This document shows, piece by piece, positions 1 to 11,374 of a stretch of DNA of 64,000 nucleotides; position 1 is the first letter of the stretch; each line of letters starts with the position of its first letter. Both the position numbers and the translations under genes were made by a program. Source of the DNA: Torpedo marmorata (lineage: Eukaryota). A model generated the notes under the pieces. That model was given only the letters and a program-made list of their open reading frames with translations. It did not search any database and was not told the origin of the DNA. Location of the stretch: positions 38,688,001 to 38,752,000 of the forward strand of contig OZ360242.1 in assembly GCA_977017645.1 (NCBI GenBank). The letters run 5' to 3'.

Positions 1-490
1 TGCCACAGGTCTGGATGTGTGATTTTTATTTTCTTCATTGCAAAATGCACATCACAGCATTTGTTATATTTTGATTTGTGGCACAGACATAAAAGAATCT
101 GATAACATGTATTTGCTGGTCGAAGTGTCAGCAACACGTATTTCCATAGTGTATTATTAGAGATTACTTTCTGCAACACATAAAAAGGGTATCAATGCTC
201 TGGAGTATTGGTAATTGTTATTGACATTTTGACTGGTATTTATGAGACCAGTTCAAATCATGTATAGTTCTGATTTGGTACCTTTTCGAGTTGAATGCTC
301 TTTACTTATTTTTCAAAGTTTCTTGGTTTTTTTTCCTTTAGCAGAGGCTGCCTGGAATTCCCTTTGAATATTACAGCTGCAAATCCTACTCTATCATTCC
401 CTTACAGCAGCAGCTCATTTATAGCACCTGGTAACTAACTTCCCCATGTTGCCACCTCACTGAAAATTAGCACTTGGAATCATTAAGCTT

Positions 491-1305
491 TTCAAGATTC
501 AAGATTAAATTTATTGTCATGTAATAAAACAGTGTCATATTACACAAAATTGCCTTTGCCTGCTGCAAGGCAGACAGATTTGCCATCGGCAGACATTGCC
601 TGAAGCGCCTCTTACAGTCAGAGAAAGAGAAGCAAAAGAGAGTTCCCCCCAGAGTCACCGAATGTCCATAGATTTGCCTCCAGCGCTTTCCGCAGCCTCC
701 GCAGTCCAAACCATTGGCAACCCGAGCTCCAGATCCGACTTCCGACACGATCAGGAACCCTTCAGCGCCTTCGGTACCCCCTCGCATCCCGGTTCCAATA
801 CCTGGTACGCCTTCAGCCAGTTTGAGCCAGTCTCCAGCTGTCGAGTTCCCCGACAGCGGTCTCCAGCAGTCCACAGCCTCCGTGGGTTCCTCGCCTCGAG
901 TCGCCAGCAGCCCACCGCATGCGTGGGTCTTTCAGCCACAGAGCCCCATCACTGGTCCGCCGCTGTGGTCACCGTCCCATGGGTCGTCTCCTCTGATTCT
1001 CCTTCTCAGACGGGGGGTGATCTCCCAGTTTTATGGTGCCCTGTGCCAGTCCTTCGCTTCCCTGGAGTCTGCAACCCCTCATGGCTGCTGCCGATCATAG
1101 GCGCCGCCATCTTGGGCGCAGACTCCGCGGTCGTGGGATTTTAAATAAAACTACCGTCGATTCAAAGCCTGTGCGGAGCTGACAGCAGTTGACCGGGCGG
1201 TTGGATTCCAAGGGAGTGCTGTATCTCCGCTCCAAGCTCTCCTTGGGTCCGCACCAGCGGCAGCGCTGCCATTACAGCGGCTCCGGCAACGCCGCCATCT
1301 TGGAA
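491..1305 (-). mobile_element. Non-coding, non-autonomous retroposon (copy 1), probably mobilised by Rex1/Babar
   Basis: Homologous over its length to 44703-45505 and in part to 19197-19380. The minus strand starts with CAAGATGGCGGCG and ends in TGACAATAAA plus a (TCTTGAA)n tail. Confidence 0.75.
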
Positions 1306-1330
1306 TTGCAGTACACATTGACACATTGGC

Positions 1331-1612
1331 ACATTGGTTTTCATTGGGCGTAGTATGGAGTACAAAAGTAAGGACCTCATGATTCATCTGTCCAAGGCGA
1401 AGGTGAGACCACACTTAGATAAACAGTATTTATTTATTTATTTGTATATATGAATACTTGTCCTGCATATGTATTGTTTGTCTGTATGTGTGTTATGTCT
1501 GGTTGTGTGTCTACATGTTTTGCACCGAGGACAGGAGACCACTGTTTCGTTGGGTTGTACTTATGTAATCAGATGATAAATAAACTTGACTTGACTTGAG
1601 TACTGCGTGCAG
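1331..1612 (+). mobile_element. Decayed CR1 ORF2 fragment split by a Rex1-type 3' end (about 1420-1597)
   Basis: 1345-1418 reads (R)SMEYKSKDLMIHLSKAKVRPHL and resumes as EYCVQ at 1598. The insert ends in AATAAACTTGACTTGACTTGA. Confidence 0.65.
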
Positions 1613-1834
1613 TGATCAAATACATTGCCTGTATCTATTCAATATTTGTTAAATCTTGAAACTAGGCAGATCAAGGTGGGTTAAACTAATATAAGTGTGT
1701 AACATTTTAGCATACTTGTTTCCTACCTATCTAAACCATTTATTGGGGTTAAAATTATGTTCAAAGGTATTGTAAAGTTTACACATTACTTAAGCCCTAA
1801 TTAATATCCAACTCTGGGTTAACATTTTAGGAAC

Positions 1835-2241
1835 AATGAGGACAGAGTGGAGAGACTGAGTTATTCAAACTGGAGAAGAGAAAATTAAGAAATCTTCAAA
1901 ATCATGGTTTCTGCAAGAATTCATAAGAAGAGACAGTTTCCAGATGCAATAGACCAGGTATCAAGGGGCCACATATTTAGCGTAATTGGCAAAAGAACTA
2001 GGAGTGAAATAATGAGAATTAATTTTTAAACCATATGTTTTTAATGATGTGGGATTCATTGCCTGAAAGGGTGGAGGAATGAGATTCATTAATAGCTTCC
2101 AAAGGGAATCAGATAAACACTCGAAGGGCAAATCTTTCAAAATATGAGGGAGGAGGACAAATTGGATAGGGCACAGAAAGAACAGTCAAAGTACACTGGG
2201 CTAAATGGCTTTCTTCTTTGCCGGATCCTTTTATAATTCTA
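1835..2241 (+). mobile_element. Decayed CR1/HER1-like LINE 3' end
   Basis: Degenerate match to the end of CR1 ORF2 and its 3'UTR, as seen intact at 57060-57540 (caaggggccaca...ttgcctgaaagggtggagg...gggctaaatggc). Confidence 0.6.
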
Positions 2242-2642
2242 CAATTCCGGAAAATTCATGAAGCACATTACGTGATTTCAGTTTTTTATAACATTATCAC
2301 TTGCAAGTGGGGAATGCACTAAACCTATTGCACATTCCAAGGTCCCAGATGTAAATATTGGACGGATGATCTAATACCCAATTTTAGCTTTTCAATAGAT
2401 AAACTTAAAGATCAGCACCCACAAAATGAGTCTCCTCCAGTGTCTCACTGAAAGAGATTTCATGGCTTTATTTTTACGTGAGAAACTGCGGGTGGGGGTT
2501 GGGGGAAAGGAAGGAAGGATAGTGCGGGTTGAGAAAACCACGGAGAATTCTTAGTCTCCATATTAAGTTGTCCTTGAATGCCTCACAGGTCAGCTCCAGT
2601 TGTAAAACACCTGCCAAGGGATTCGCAACAAGCCAGCATTAA

Positions 2643-3622
2643 CCAGTCAGTACGAATTGGAAACAACGTCTCCTCCTCACTGATTATCAACACAGGCGCA
2701 CCCCAAGGATGTGTGCTTAGCCCACTGCTCAACTCATTATACACCCATGACTGTGTGGCCAGGCACAATTCCAATGCCATCTACAAGTTTGCCGATGACA
2801 TGACAGTTGTCGGCAGAATCACAAACGGCAATGAGGAAGCGTACAGGAGGGAGATAGATCAGCTCGTTGAATGGTGTAACGACAACAACCTTGCGCTCAA
2901 TGTCAGCAAAACCAAGGAAATAATTGTGGACTTCAGGAGGAAGTCAGGGGAACACGACCCAGTCCTCATCAAGCGCTCAGTAGTGGAGAGAGTCAAGAAC
3001 TTCAAATTCCTGGGTGTCAACATGTCCGAGGATCTGTCCTGGAGCCTCCACGTTGATGCAATCACAAAGAAGGCTCGCCAGCGGCTATACTTTGTGAGGT
3101 GTCTGAGGAGATTCGGTATGTCACTGAAGACTCTGGTAAACTTCTACAGGTGTACCGTGGAGAGCATTCTGGCTGGTTGCATCACTGCCTGGTATGGAGG
3201 CGCCAACTCTCAGGACAAGAATAAACTCCAGAGGGTTGTTAACTCGGCCTGTGACATCACAGGCACCAAACTTCACTCCATCGAGGACATCTACATGAGG
3301 TGGTGTCTTAAAAAATCATCCTCAAAGACCCCCACCACCCAGGCCATGCCCTCTTCACTCTGCTACCATCGGGAAAAAGGTACAGGAGCCTATAGATGAG
3401 CACTCAATGACACAAGGACAGCTTCTTCCCCGCTGCCATAAGATTCCTGAATAATCAATAAACCAAAGACACTGCCTTACTTTTCGTGCACTATTATTTA
3501 TATATATTTTTTATAGTAATGTTGTAAAATGGTTATAATATAAATGTTTGCACTATGATGCTGCCGCAAAACACCGAATTTCATGACTTGTTCGTGACAA
3601 TAAATTCTGATTCTGATTCTGA
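2643..3622 (+). mobile_element. 5'-truncated Rex1/Babar-type LINE (RT C-terminal half)
   Basis: ORF 2578-3399 contains [28 protein letters not shown] and KKARQRLYF. The 3' end is TGACAATAAA(TTCTGA)n. Near-identical to 55750-56978 and 22845-23960. Confidence 0.92.
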
Positions 3623-3787
3623 AGCCACTCACAAAATGAGAAACTTATAAAAACAACTGTAGATGCTGGAAATATGAAACAAATGCTGGAAACACTCTGT
3701 GGATCAGGCAGTGACAGTGGGATGATAAACAGCAGTCCTTTACGTGAGCAGATAGCATGAATTTTCTGTTCTGTCTGTTTTGAGTGA

Positions 3788-3900
3788 AGAATCAAGTTCA
3801 AGCTTATTGTCATCTGATTGTACATGTACACATACAACCCGACGAAATAACGTATCTGTGGACCAGAGTGCACACACACAGTACAGTCAGTAGTCACACA
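3788..3900 (-). mobile_element. Rex1-type 3' end fragment
   Basis: The reverse complement matches 1505-1597 (tttcgt.gggttgta...aatcagatga.aataa..ttga.cttga). Confidence 0.6.
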
Positions 3901-4702
3901 GTAGTTCAAGGGTTAATGATCCATCGGAATGCCTGGAGTTATTTTGTGGTGACTATTGAGTTTGGGCCTCATGACCACTGGGAGTGTAATACTCATTCCA
4001 CACTGCAAGGACGTCACTCTGAATTAGGATTTGAACTGATGACCTTCATCAGTTATATGTGAGTGCATTACATGTGAATACATCCACGAAGTCACAGCTG
4101 ATTAGGAGACAAAGTTGATATATTAATAATATTATTTGCTTAACATTTATGGCTTGAGACAAATGGCATCTGTGTTAGGGCAATTCATATTTAATTATGT
4201 CATTGATTTCATGCTTGGATGCAATTTATTAATTGCTTCTTGCACTTGGGTGACTTTGGTGCGGACTTTACCCAATACAAATATCTACTTGCTATCCAGT
4301 GTATGCATACAAACTCTCAACAGTTGGTTACAAGAGCTCAACCCAGAAATTTATCAGCCATGCTGATGATCCAACAGTCAAGTCAAGATTGCACCCACTG
4401 CTGCTATTAAACAATGATCCTGAAGAGATATGTGTGGGCAACTGATATGCATCTAGTTTGTGTGCTGGATATGCCATCTGCAACATTTGATTGGCCTGGT
4501 GGCAATAGCGTGTAGATTGTGGATTCCACTTATTCCCATCAGAAATTCAGGAATTGGCACAGCAAGTGCAGTAAAGTGCCCTGGTGTTACAGCACCACTT
4601 GTGAATTTATCAGGGAAGAGTAAACACTTTGCAGACAAATACCCAGCATCAGCACTGTAGCTGTAGATGGCATTTACTTTGGGAGAGATTGGCAGGAGTT
4701 AC

Positions 4703-4893
4703 ATTTTAAATTTTATTTACAGCACGGTAGAAGCTGATTCTGGCCATTTAAAACCAGGCTGCCCAATTATGCCCAATTAACCTATAACCCTGTTCGTTTT
4801 GGAGGGTGGGAGAAAACCCACACAGTCATGGGGAGAACATACAAACTCTACAGACAGCGCCGGATTCAAACCCAGGTCGCTGGGCTGTAATAG
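4703..4893 (-). mobile_element. tRNA-derived SINE (HE1/V-SINE-like), 5'-truncated
   Basis: The reverse complement aligns with 6800-7016, with a B-box-like GGTTTGAATCC and a (TAAAA/T) tail. Confidence 0.8.
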
Positions 4894-6758
4894 AATTGTG
4901 CTTCTTAAAATGCAGAGCAGTACATTGCAGAACGTTGAACATTCGGTACAACCTTTATCTGCATCCAATTGGTCCTATCAGTCTCCAGCTGCAGGAAATT
5001 CTGTGGCTCAATTTTTCATTAGAAATCAGGGAGGGGAAAAATCAAGGAAGACAGAGAGAAAAAAAGACAGACAGAAAAGAAAGATAAACATAAAAAAGAG
5101 AGGATAGCAAGAAAAATGATCCAAGTTTCTTTTCAAAGCCTTAGGACAAACCGAAGTATCATAACACAAAAAGAAATAGTTTCGAAGAGTAGTTATTGTA
5201 ATGCAGGAAAAGAAACCAGTCATTTTTTGTGCAATAAGATTTCATGTATGATTAAGACTATCTGTGTTTTGTGATACTGGTAGAGGAATAAAAATATTGG
5301 TTAGGACATCAGAAAAGATAATGAAATTAGTGTGATGAAATAGTTTGCAAAAATATTATCATAATGAAAAATTCATATTGCAACAAAGTTTGCATTGGGA
5401 TCATATGGCATGTATAGCTTTACGTTCAAAATAATTTTCTTAGAAAATGTGCTCACTTGTATTCTTAAAGTTTTTGTATGCAGCTGATAAAAGAGAATGA
5501 GAGGCAATTCAAGTTCATGCAGTAATGATCTTGAAGTGCAGACGGTTGAATCACAAGGAAACATTGGTGCTAATAATGCAGAGATTCATGAATAATACAG
5601 ACAGCAATGCCACAATAAACGATATGAAGAACAAATAATATTTAGACATCCTTCACACATAGCTTTAAAAGAGCTTTAGTTTGCCTTTGTTGGTCTATTT
5701 TTTACTTAACTTATTCCCCACAACTCTGTCTTCATTCTGAAAAGGAATGCAATAATTGGAAAGTGGGAGAACCATCATTGATTGATTTCAATAATAACTC
5801 TACAGACTTCTTTGCTTTTGTTGATGAATGTTTGGTAGTATGCTTAATATTCCAGTGCAATCAACAAGTAGTATTTCCATATAATTAGGAAACTATTTCT
5901 GCATAAATCTAGCCACATCACAAGTGCTGGAAGGAAGTTGTATGAATAAATTGTTCTAATTAGATATTGTTTACACTGTCAAATGAACTGCAAAACACTG
6001 TTTTACTTGAATTTGAATAGCAATTATGTTGTAATGTGCCATAAATATTGCATGTTTTATTCCAAAATGTTTTGGCTATAAACAAAATATACATGGGCTA
6101 CAACCCAAGGCATTGGCATTCTTGTATGTTACTACTTATCAGTGAAATTGCACAAGAGGTGTTCTAATTTCTTAGAGTCAGAGTTTGGCTTGAAATAGCA
6201 CTACCTTTTAATTTGTTCTTTGCATGTTTGCAATGCTAACAAGCCTGAGACTATTCCACTTGCGGTAAGAAAGTGGGAGGCACCTTCTCTCTGAAGATGG
6301 AGCTTTCTGCTCCAATAAAGATTTGAAGTAAGGGCTTCTAAGCTCTGTCTCAGTGACAATGAACAATGGGATGTTTGATGTTTCTTTGAAATGTCTATTC
6401 TTGTCCTTCTAAAGTAAATATAAAGGTCTGGGAGATGGCATTGAAGCAACCTTAATTATAGTTTTATCCAGAATGCATTCTCTCCACAGTACTTATTCTA
6501 GTCATAGCAGAGCTCACAGCTGATTCTTCTTGATTTACTTCCCACTTTCCATTCATTCTGCATCTTCTGATTAACATCACAACTTCTAATTAACATCCCA
6601 CCATTCTGCTTCCAAAAAGCCAAAAACTTTTACTTGGCTGAAGAAGAAGACAGCGATTTAAAAAAAAAAAGGCATCCATCACTTATAGCCATCATTTCAG
6701 ATCTTAGGATTTATCATCCTATCGATGTGCGTTTAGAGATAGGATGAGAATGCTGTAA

Positions 6759-7016
6759 GTCACGGTTAGCATAGCATTGTGTAGTGGTTAGCGCAATGCT
6801 GTTACAGCGCCAGCGACCCGGGTTCGAACCTGGTGCTGTCTGTAAGGAGTTTGTATATTCTCCCCGTGCCTGCGTGGGTTTCCTCCAGGTGCTCCGGGGT
6901 CCTCCCACTCTTCAAAATGTACGGAGGTCGTAGGTTAATTGGTGTTTTGGGTGGCATAGGCTCGTGGGCCAGAGGACCTGTTACCATGCTGTTTGTCTAA
7001 ATTAAAAAAATTAAAA
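6759..7016 (+). mobile_element. tRNA-derived SINE (HE1/V-SINE-like)
   Basis: A box TAGTGGTTAGCG near 6782, B box GGTTCGAACC at 6821-6830, V-domain-like TTCTCCCCGTGCCTGCGTGGGTTTCCTCC, and an A/T-rich tail. Confidence 0.88.
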
Positions 7017-7238
7017 TGTGAGTAGCCTGCTGCCACATGGGGATAAAGCCAGTTTATTTGCCTGCTCCTTGGAGAATGAGTTCATTCTCATGCTGAGAAC
7101 TCAGATAAGGACTACAATGAGAACCCTTCAGATGAAGATTGATGACTTTCCACAACCAGATGCATGGAGCTTTATCAGGCTTGTCTCATATGTGATGGGA
7201 GTTCAACTTCAAACCTGCAGCCATACAATCCAGATGAT

Positions 7239-7368
7239 GGGTTATGTGGAGTGGACGGGTAAGTGGAACTGAATCCACAGCCAGATTAGCCATGATTTTA
7301 TTGAATGGCTGAGCATGCTCGACAGGCCAGATGGCTGGCTCCTGCTCCCATTTCTTATGTTCTTATGA
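7239..7368 (+). mobile_element. CR1/HER1-like 3' terminus
   Basis: Matches 57415-57540 (agccatgat.ttattgaatgg...ttcttatgttcttatg tail). Confidence 0.8.
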
Positions 7369-7894
7369 CTCAGCAATGATAATGCCATTGAACTTCAAGG
7401 GTAAGTGGTAGATCTCTTACGTGTTGAAGATGAATATTCTTGGCATCAATGTTACTTGCCAGTTGTCCAAATATTCTGAAGGTCCTGCAGCATACATACA
7501 TGAGCTGAGGGGTTGTGAATGGAACTTTTCTTCCTCCTCTTCCTTTGTTCCACAACAGGCAAGAGCTGCACTCACTTTAAATCAATATGATAGGGCAGCC
7601 TGTCCCTTGTCATTGTTTACCCCAGCTTATCCCTGTGCAGTCTTCCACGGTAAGTGTGCTTCTCACGCAGATCAGCATGTCTCAACGAAGCACCAACACC
7701 ACCTCCGCACAGATATTCTGTTGCACTTGCAGAATGGTTTTAACATCTGGTGAGGGCCTGTTCCCTAACTCAGGAGCTGTGAAAGTAATCCGTGATCAGG
7801 CCCATTGAATGTTGGTGAATAATGGCCTTTCATCAAAGCTGTTGTAAAATAGCACCATGAGAAAGTAAGGAATCCCATTGCAAGATAAAACATA

Positions 7895-8050
7895 ACGTAT
7901 TTGAAATACATGGTAGATCCAACAGATTTGAGGAGAGAGAAACAAGTTAATGTTTCATCTGAAGAAGGATCAATTATTTGAAGTGTTTACTTTGTTTCTA
8001 TCTCTACAGATACTGCCTGACCTCCCAAATATCCTCAGCACTTTCTGTCG
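7895..8050. mobile_element. Palindromic Penelope-like (PLE) terminal relic
   Basis: Imperfect inverted arms (gagagagaaacaagttaatgtttca / tgaagtgtttactttgtttctatctc) surround CTGAAGA...GAAG, followed by tgcctgacc...cagca. Related pieces at 3655-3730, 8500-8575, 9415-9460 and 20060-20150. Confidence 0.5.
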
Positions 8051-8254
8051 TCAAGATTTCCAGTATCTGTAATTTTTTTCTTGGTTTTTGATTAAGAGTT
8101 CAATACAATTGTTTTACTTCATCAATAGCCCGAAGTGGCATTCCAACATCTTATCAATATAAGTCCAGAATTTTGTATTAAATGTCTTCTACAGGGTATC
8201 CAGGTTTGAAGGCAGTTACCTAATATAGTTAAGCAGTTAAACCAGAGTTATATT

Positions 8255-8578
8255 AACACTGTTTCCCCTTTCCTCCAGCTTCCCACCCCCTTTCCTTCCC
8301 TTCCCTCTCCATTCAGAGAGCTACCCTGCTCTCTCCCGCTATCACTGCTCAGCTTATTTCTCTTCAACCCTCTCACCTGTATCCAGCTATTATCTGTTAA
8401 CCTGTGTTCCTCCCCCTTCTCCTTCCTCCCAACTCTCCTCTCCTCCTCCCCCTCTCCCCCCCACCATTCTATTCAGGCATCTACTTGTTTTTCCAGATTC
8501 CTGATTATGGTCTCAGGCGTGAAATGTTGATATTGAATGCTGTGTGACCAACTGAGTTTCTCCAGCACTTTTGTGTAC
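8255..8578 (+). mobile_element. Penelope-like terminal repeat relic with a degenerate hammerhead-like core
   Basis: A pyrimidine-rich tract, then CTGATTA-tggtctcaggcgt-GAAA (8501-8524), then tgctgtgtgaccaactgagtttctccagca. Confidence 0.5.
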
Positions 8579-9477
8579 TATATCTGAGAAAGTTTTCTGT
8601 TTGTTTTCCGGACACATTACTGCAGATCCTAAGTTTAAAAATGCAGGCTCCTGAAGGTACAAAAGTCTATCTTTAAGTAAGTCAAAAGCACAGGTTGAGG
8701 GAGATGTGGCAGGAATGAAATAAGCATCAATTGCACAAGCCCTTGTTTGAACTCAATTCTTAAATGTTACTAATGCTGCACGAGTAAAATAGAAAAGTTA
8801 TTTTAATTGCACAGATCCTCTGTTAGTCGAGGCTTAAAATTAAAATGTCACATAGGCTTCTTTGGAGAAGCACAGTGTCCTTCCTTGATGTAACCTTGGC
8901 ATGCAGATAACAAAGGTTGGTAATTGGGTGCCACGATGCCTGACTTACAGAGCTTCTGCTTCACCTCTGCTTCTGCTTTCTGAATACACAAAATGCCTGT
9001 TAGTTGGAAGAAGGTCTGAATTTCTTTGAGTGAGGACAGGATGAAGGGTTGTCGGGGGGGTGGGTGGGGAGGTAATTGAGGATCCAACATATCCTGGATG
9101 CAGTGAAACTTATATCACCATAATAGTTTATACTATCAGGAACAAAGAAAGACATGGCTACAAAATGTTATCAGCAAACTGCCAAAACCTGTCAAAGATT
9201 TTGGGGAGTAGTAAAAAGCTCAAACTCCTCAGATATATGAGAATCAAGTAACAGAGCTTTGATGCACCTATTGTAGCCATGTATAAATTCATGTTAGCGC
9301 ATTGGAAGTGGATTGAAGTCATAAAAATGCACAATGCAGAGCTGTGATGTACGGATGACAAAAATGACCAAATAAATCAAGTGTAATTTTCTTCAAAGCA
9401 AATGATTTGAATTAACACACAGAGTGCTGGAGGAACTCAGAAAGCAATGGACAGTTGATTTTCAAAATTTCTGTATA

Positions 9478-9690
9478 CAGTAGAACCCTACAGTATACAG
9501 CACCTACGGGGATTGGTAGATGCCAGATAAGCGTGCTTGAAACTCGTGTTGTGTGAATGGAGAACTAACGGCGAGACGCGCCAATTTTAAACTTCCGTAT
9601 TTTTTGACCCATTTATTTTCTGCAATTTTTTTTTTGCCAGTTACTTGAGGTTGCCAGTTGCTTGAATTCCAGATAACAGGGATTTTACTG
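9478..9690. mobile_element. Tc1/mariner (Tigger/pogo-like) MITE
   Basis: TA|CAGTAGAACCC...GGGATTTTACTG|TA: imperfect terminal inverted repeats with TA on both flanks. Confidence 0.6.
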
Positions 9691-10475
9691 TACCACTGTT
9701 TTGTATTATCTGCTAAAATTATTTACTTTTGTTTTTTTCTGAATGTAATTTGAGTCATTTGAAATTAATTCACTGCAGTGTTATGATGAAAGGTTGAAGA
9801 TCACTTACCAATCTCAACTCTGGACTTCTTGTTAGCCAGTAGGAAAACAGATATTGTAAAACATTCTGTTATCTAAGGGAACTGACTGCGCAATTCTGAC
9901 ATAGAACAGCAAAATAGAATTGCTCTGCTGGCCAGCATTTTAAATGATCCATATATCATTTCTGACACGGGTAGTTTTGTTCAGTTGTACATAAAGACAA
10001 ATTATAGTGGTAACTGATGTCCCTTTTACTTATCTGCAACTGTAAGTAGGTTGAAGCTGTCCTGTAAACAAACAGACATTTAATTCTATTCTGCAACAAT
10101 TCACTATATTCATGGTAAACATGCAGCTGACATAGAGGCCTTCAGGGAATTCAATATGTATTACAGAAAACTTGCTGACATAACGTTATGTGTAGAAACA
10201 TCGATCTAATTAGAAATGCAGTCGTGCAAAATTATAGCACTTCTCAGTTTTTGAGCATGCCAAGTCATATTAGTCAAGTAACACTGCACTTAACTGCCTT
10301 AAACCTCAGTGATGCACTTTACACAGCAACTATTGCACATTTTTGAAACTGAAGATGCCCTTTAAATGGCATTGATGCCCTATGGATTTAAAAGAAAGCA
10401 AATTGATCTCTGGTATAATGAAGTTGTTACTTGAATTTTAGGTAAAAAAGTTCCTAAACTATTAATATTGAGTGG

Positions 10476-11331
10476 TGTTATGGACCATGACTGATCATTT
10501 GGACTGCAGTCAGCAGGAAGGATGCAGTCTTTTGAGTGCACACTGGGACCAGGTACTGAAAGAGTTAACTTGCCCAGGGCTGGCTGTGCTCAGAGAGAGA
10601 GACACATAGGGAGAGAGACAGGCTGTGGAAAAGATACTTTATTGCACTTTTGCAAAAGCAGGTGCAAACCTCTGGAAAAACCATTCAGTTTGGAGTTACA
10701 AAAGGCAAAAGCAACACCACCAAAAACAGGCTTGTGCATTCCAGTAAGAAAGACTGGGGAAAATAGCACATGGCCTCTTGTATCAGCAAAATCCTGATAT
10801 AAAGCAACTTTCGTGGAGAACAAGCGAGAGATCTGTGAGACAGGCTGTGAGATCCAAGTACATGCCTCCATCAGTGGTATACTGATTTGGAACAGCAACC
10901 CTCGTGCACCTACCAAAAGGGAAAGTCATCGCAAGGAAAGCAGACCAAGCATTCGTAAGTTTAAACAGTCATTGTCCCTCTCTCCAACATTCATTAAGAA
11001 GTCCTTCGTGCCAGCGCACAGAGCTGAATTTTGACCCTAAACATAGAGAGTGATTTTTGTGGACTGTATTTTTGGGACTGACTTATTTTTATGACTGACC
11101 TGGGGTTTTGGGGAAGGTTTTCCATTTTTACATGAGGGTTGGGTACAGACTGTAATGGTCTGGGCTTTACACACACACACACACACTTTAGATAAGAATA
11201 GTGTTTATAGATGTTTATAGTGGGGTTAATTGTTAAGAAATTTTATGTTTAATTGTCTTTAATAAATATAAATTTCAATTTCACCCCTTTTGCATTGCGT
11301 CTTCTGTCGTTCCTGGTTTGAGTTTGTAACA
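10476..11331 (+). repeat. 5' LTR of provirus 1
   Basis: Direct repeat of 16659-17529, TG...CA ends, AATAAA near the end. Confidence 0.95.
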
Positions 11332-11334
11332 AAT

Positions 11335-11352
11335 TGGGGGCTCATCCGGGAT
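11335..11352 (+). promoter_or_regulatory. Primer binding site (tRNA-Pro)
   Basis: TGGGGGCTCATCCGGGAT, one mismatch from the canonical Pro PBS TGGGGGCTCGTCCGGGAT. Variants occur at about 25155 and at 39446-39463. Confidence 0.9.
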
Positions 11353-11374
11353 TTGAATCAAGATCCATCTTGAT

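Noticed and set aside
467-1414. Pro/Ser-rich ORFs of 128-182 aa (and 44858-45598)
   Set aside because: Reading frames are not preserved between the two repeat copies and there are no recognisable domains.
6775-6845. tRNA gene
   Set aside because: The A and B boxes belong to a SINE head, followed by SINE body and tail, with no complete cloverleaf.
6201-9090. Possible minus-strand host coding exons (6205-6408, 8950-8997)
   Set aside because: Splice-like signals are present, but the translations are unrecognisable and no consistent multi-exon frame can be built.
10522-11182. Duplicated small ORFs (also 16535-17393, 24397-24839, 35445-35818, 26300-26605, 31618-31995)
   Set aside because: They lie within LTR pairs, so their recurrence reflects LTR duplication rather than coding conservation.
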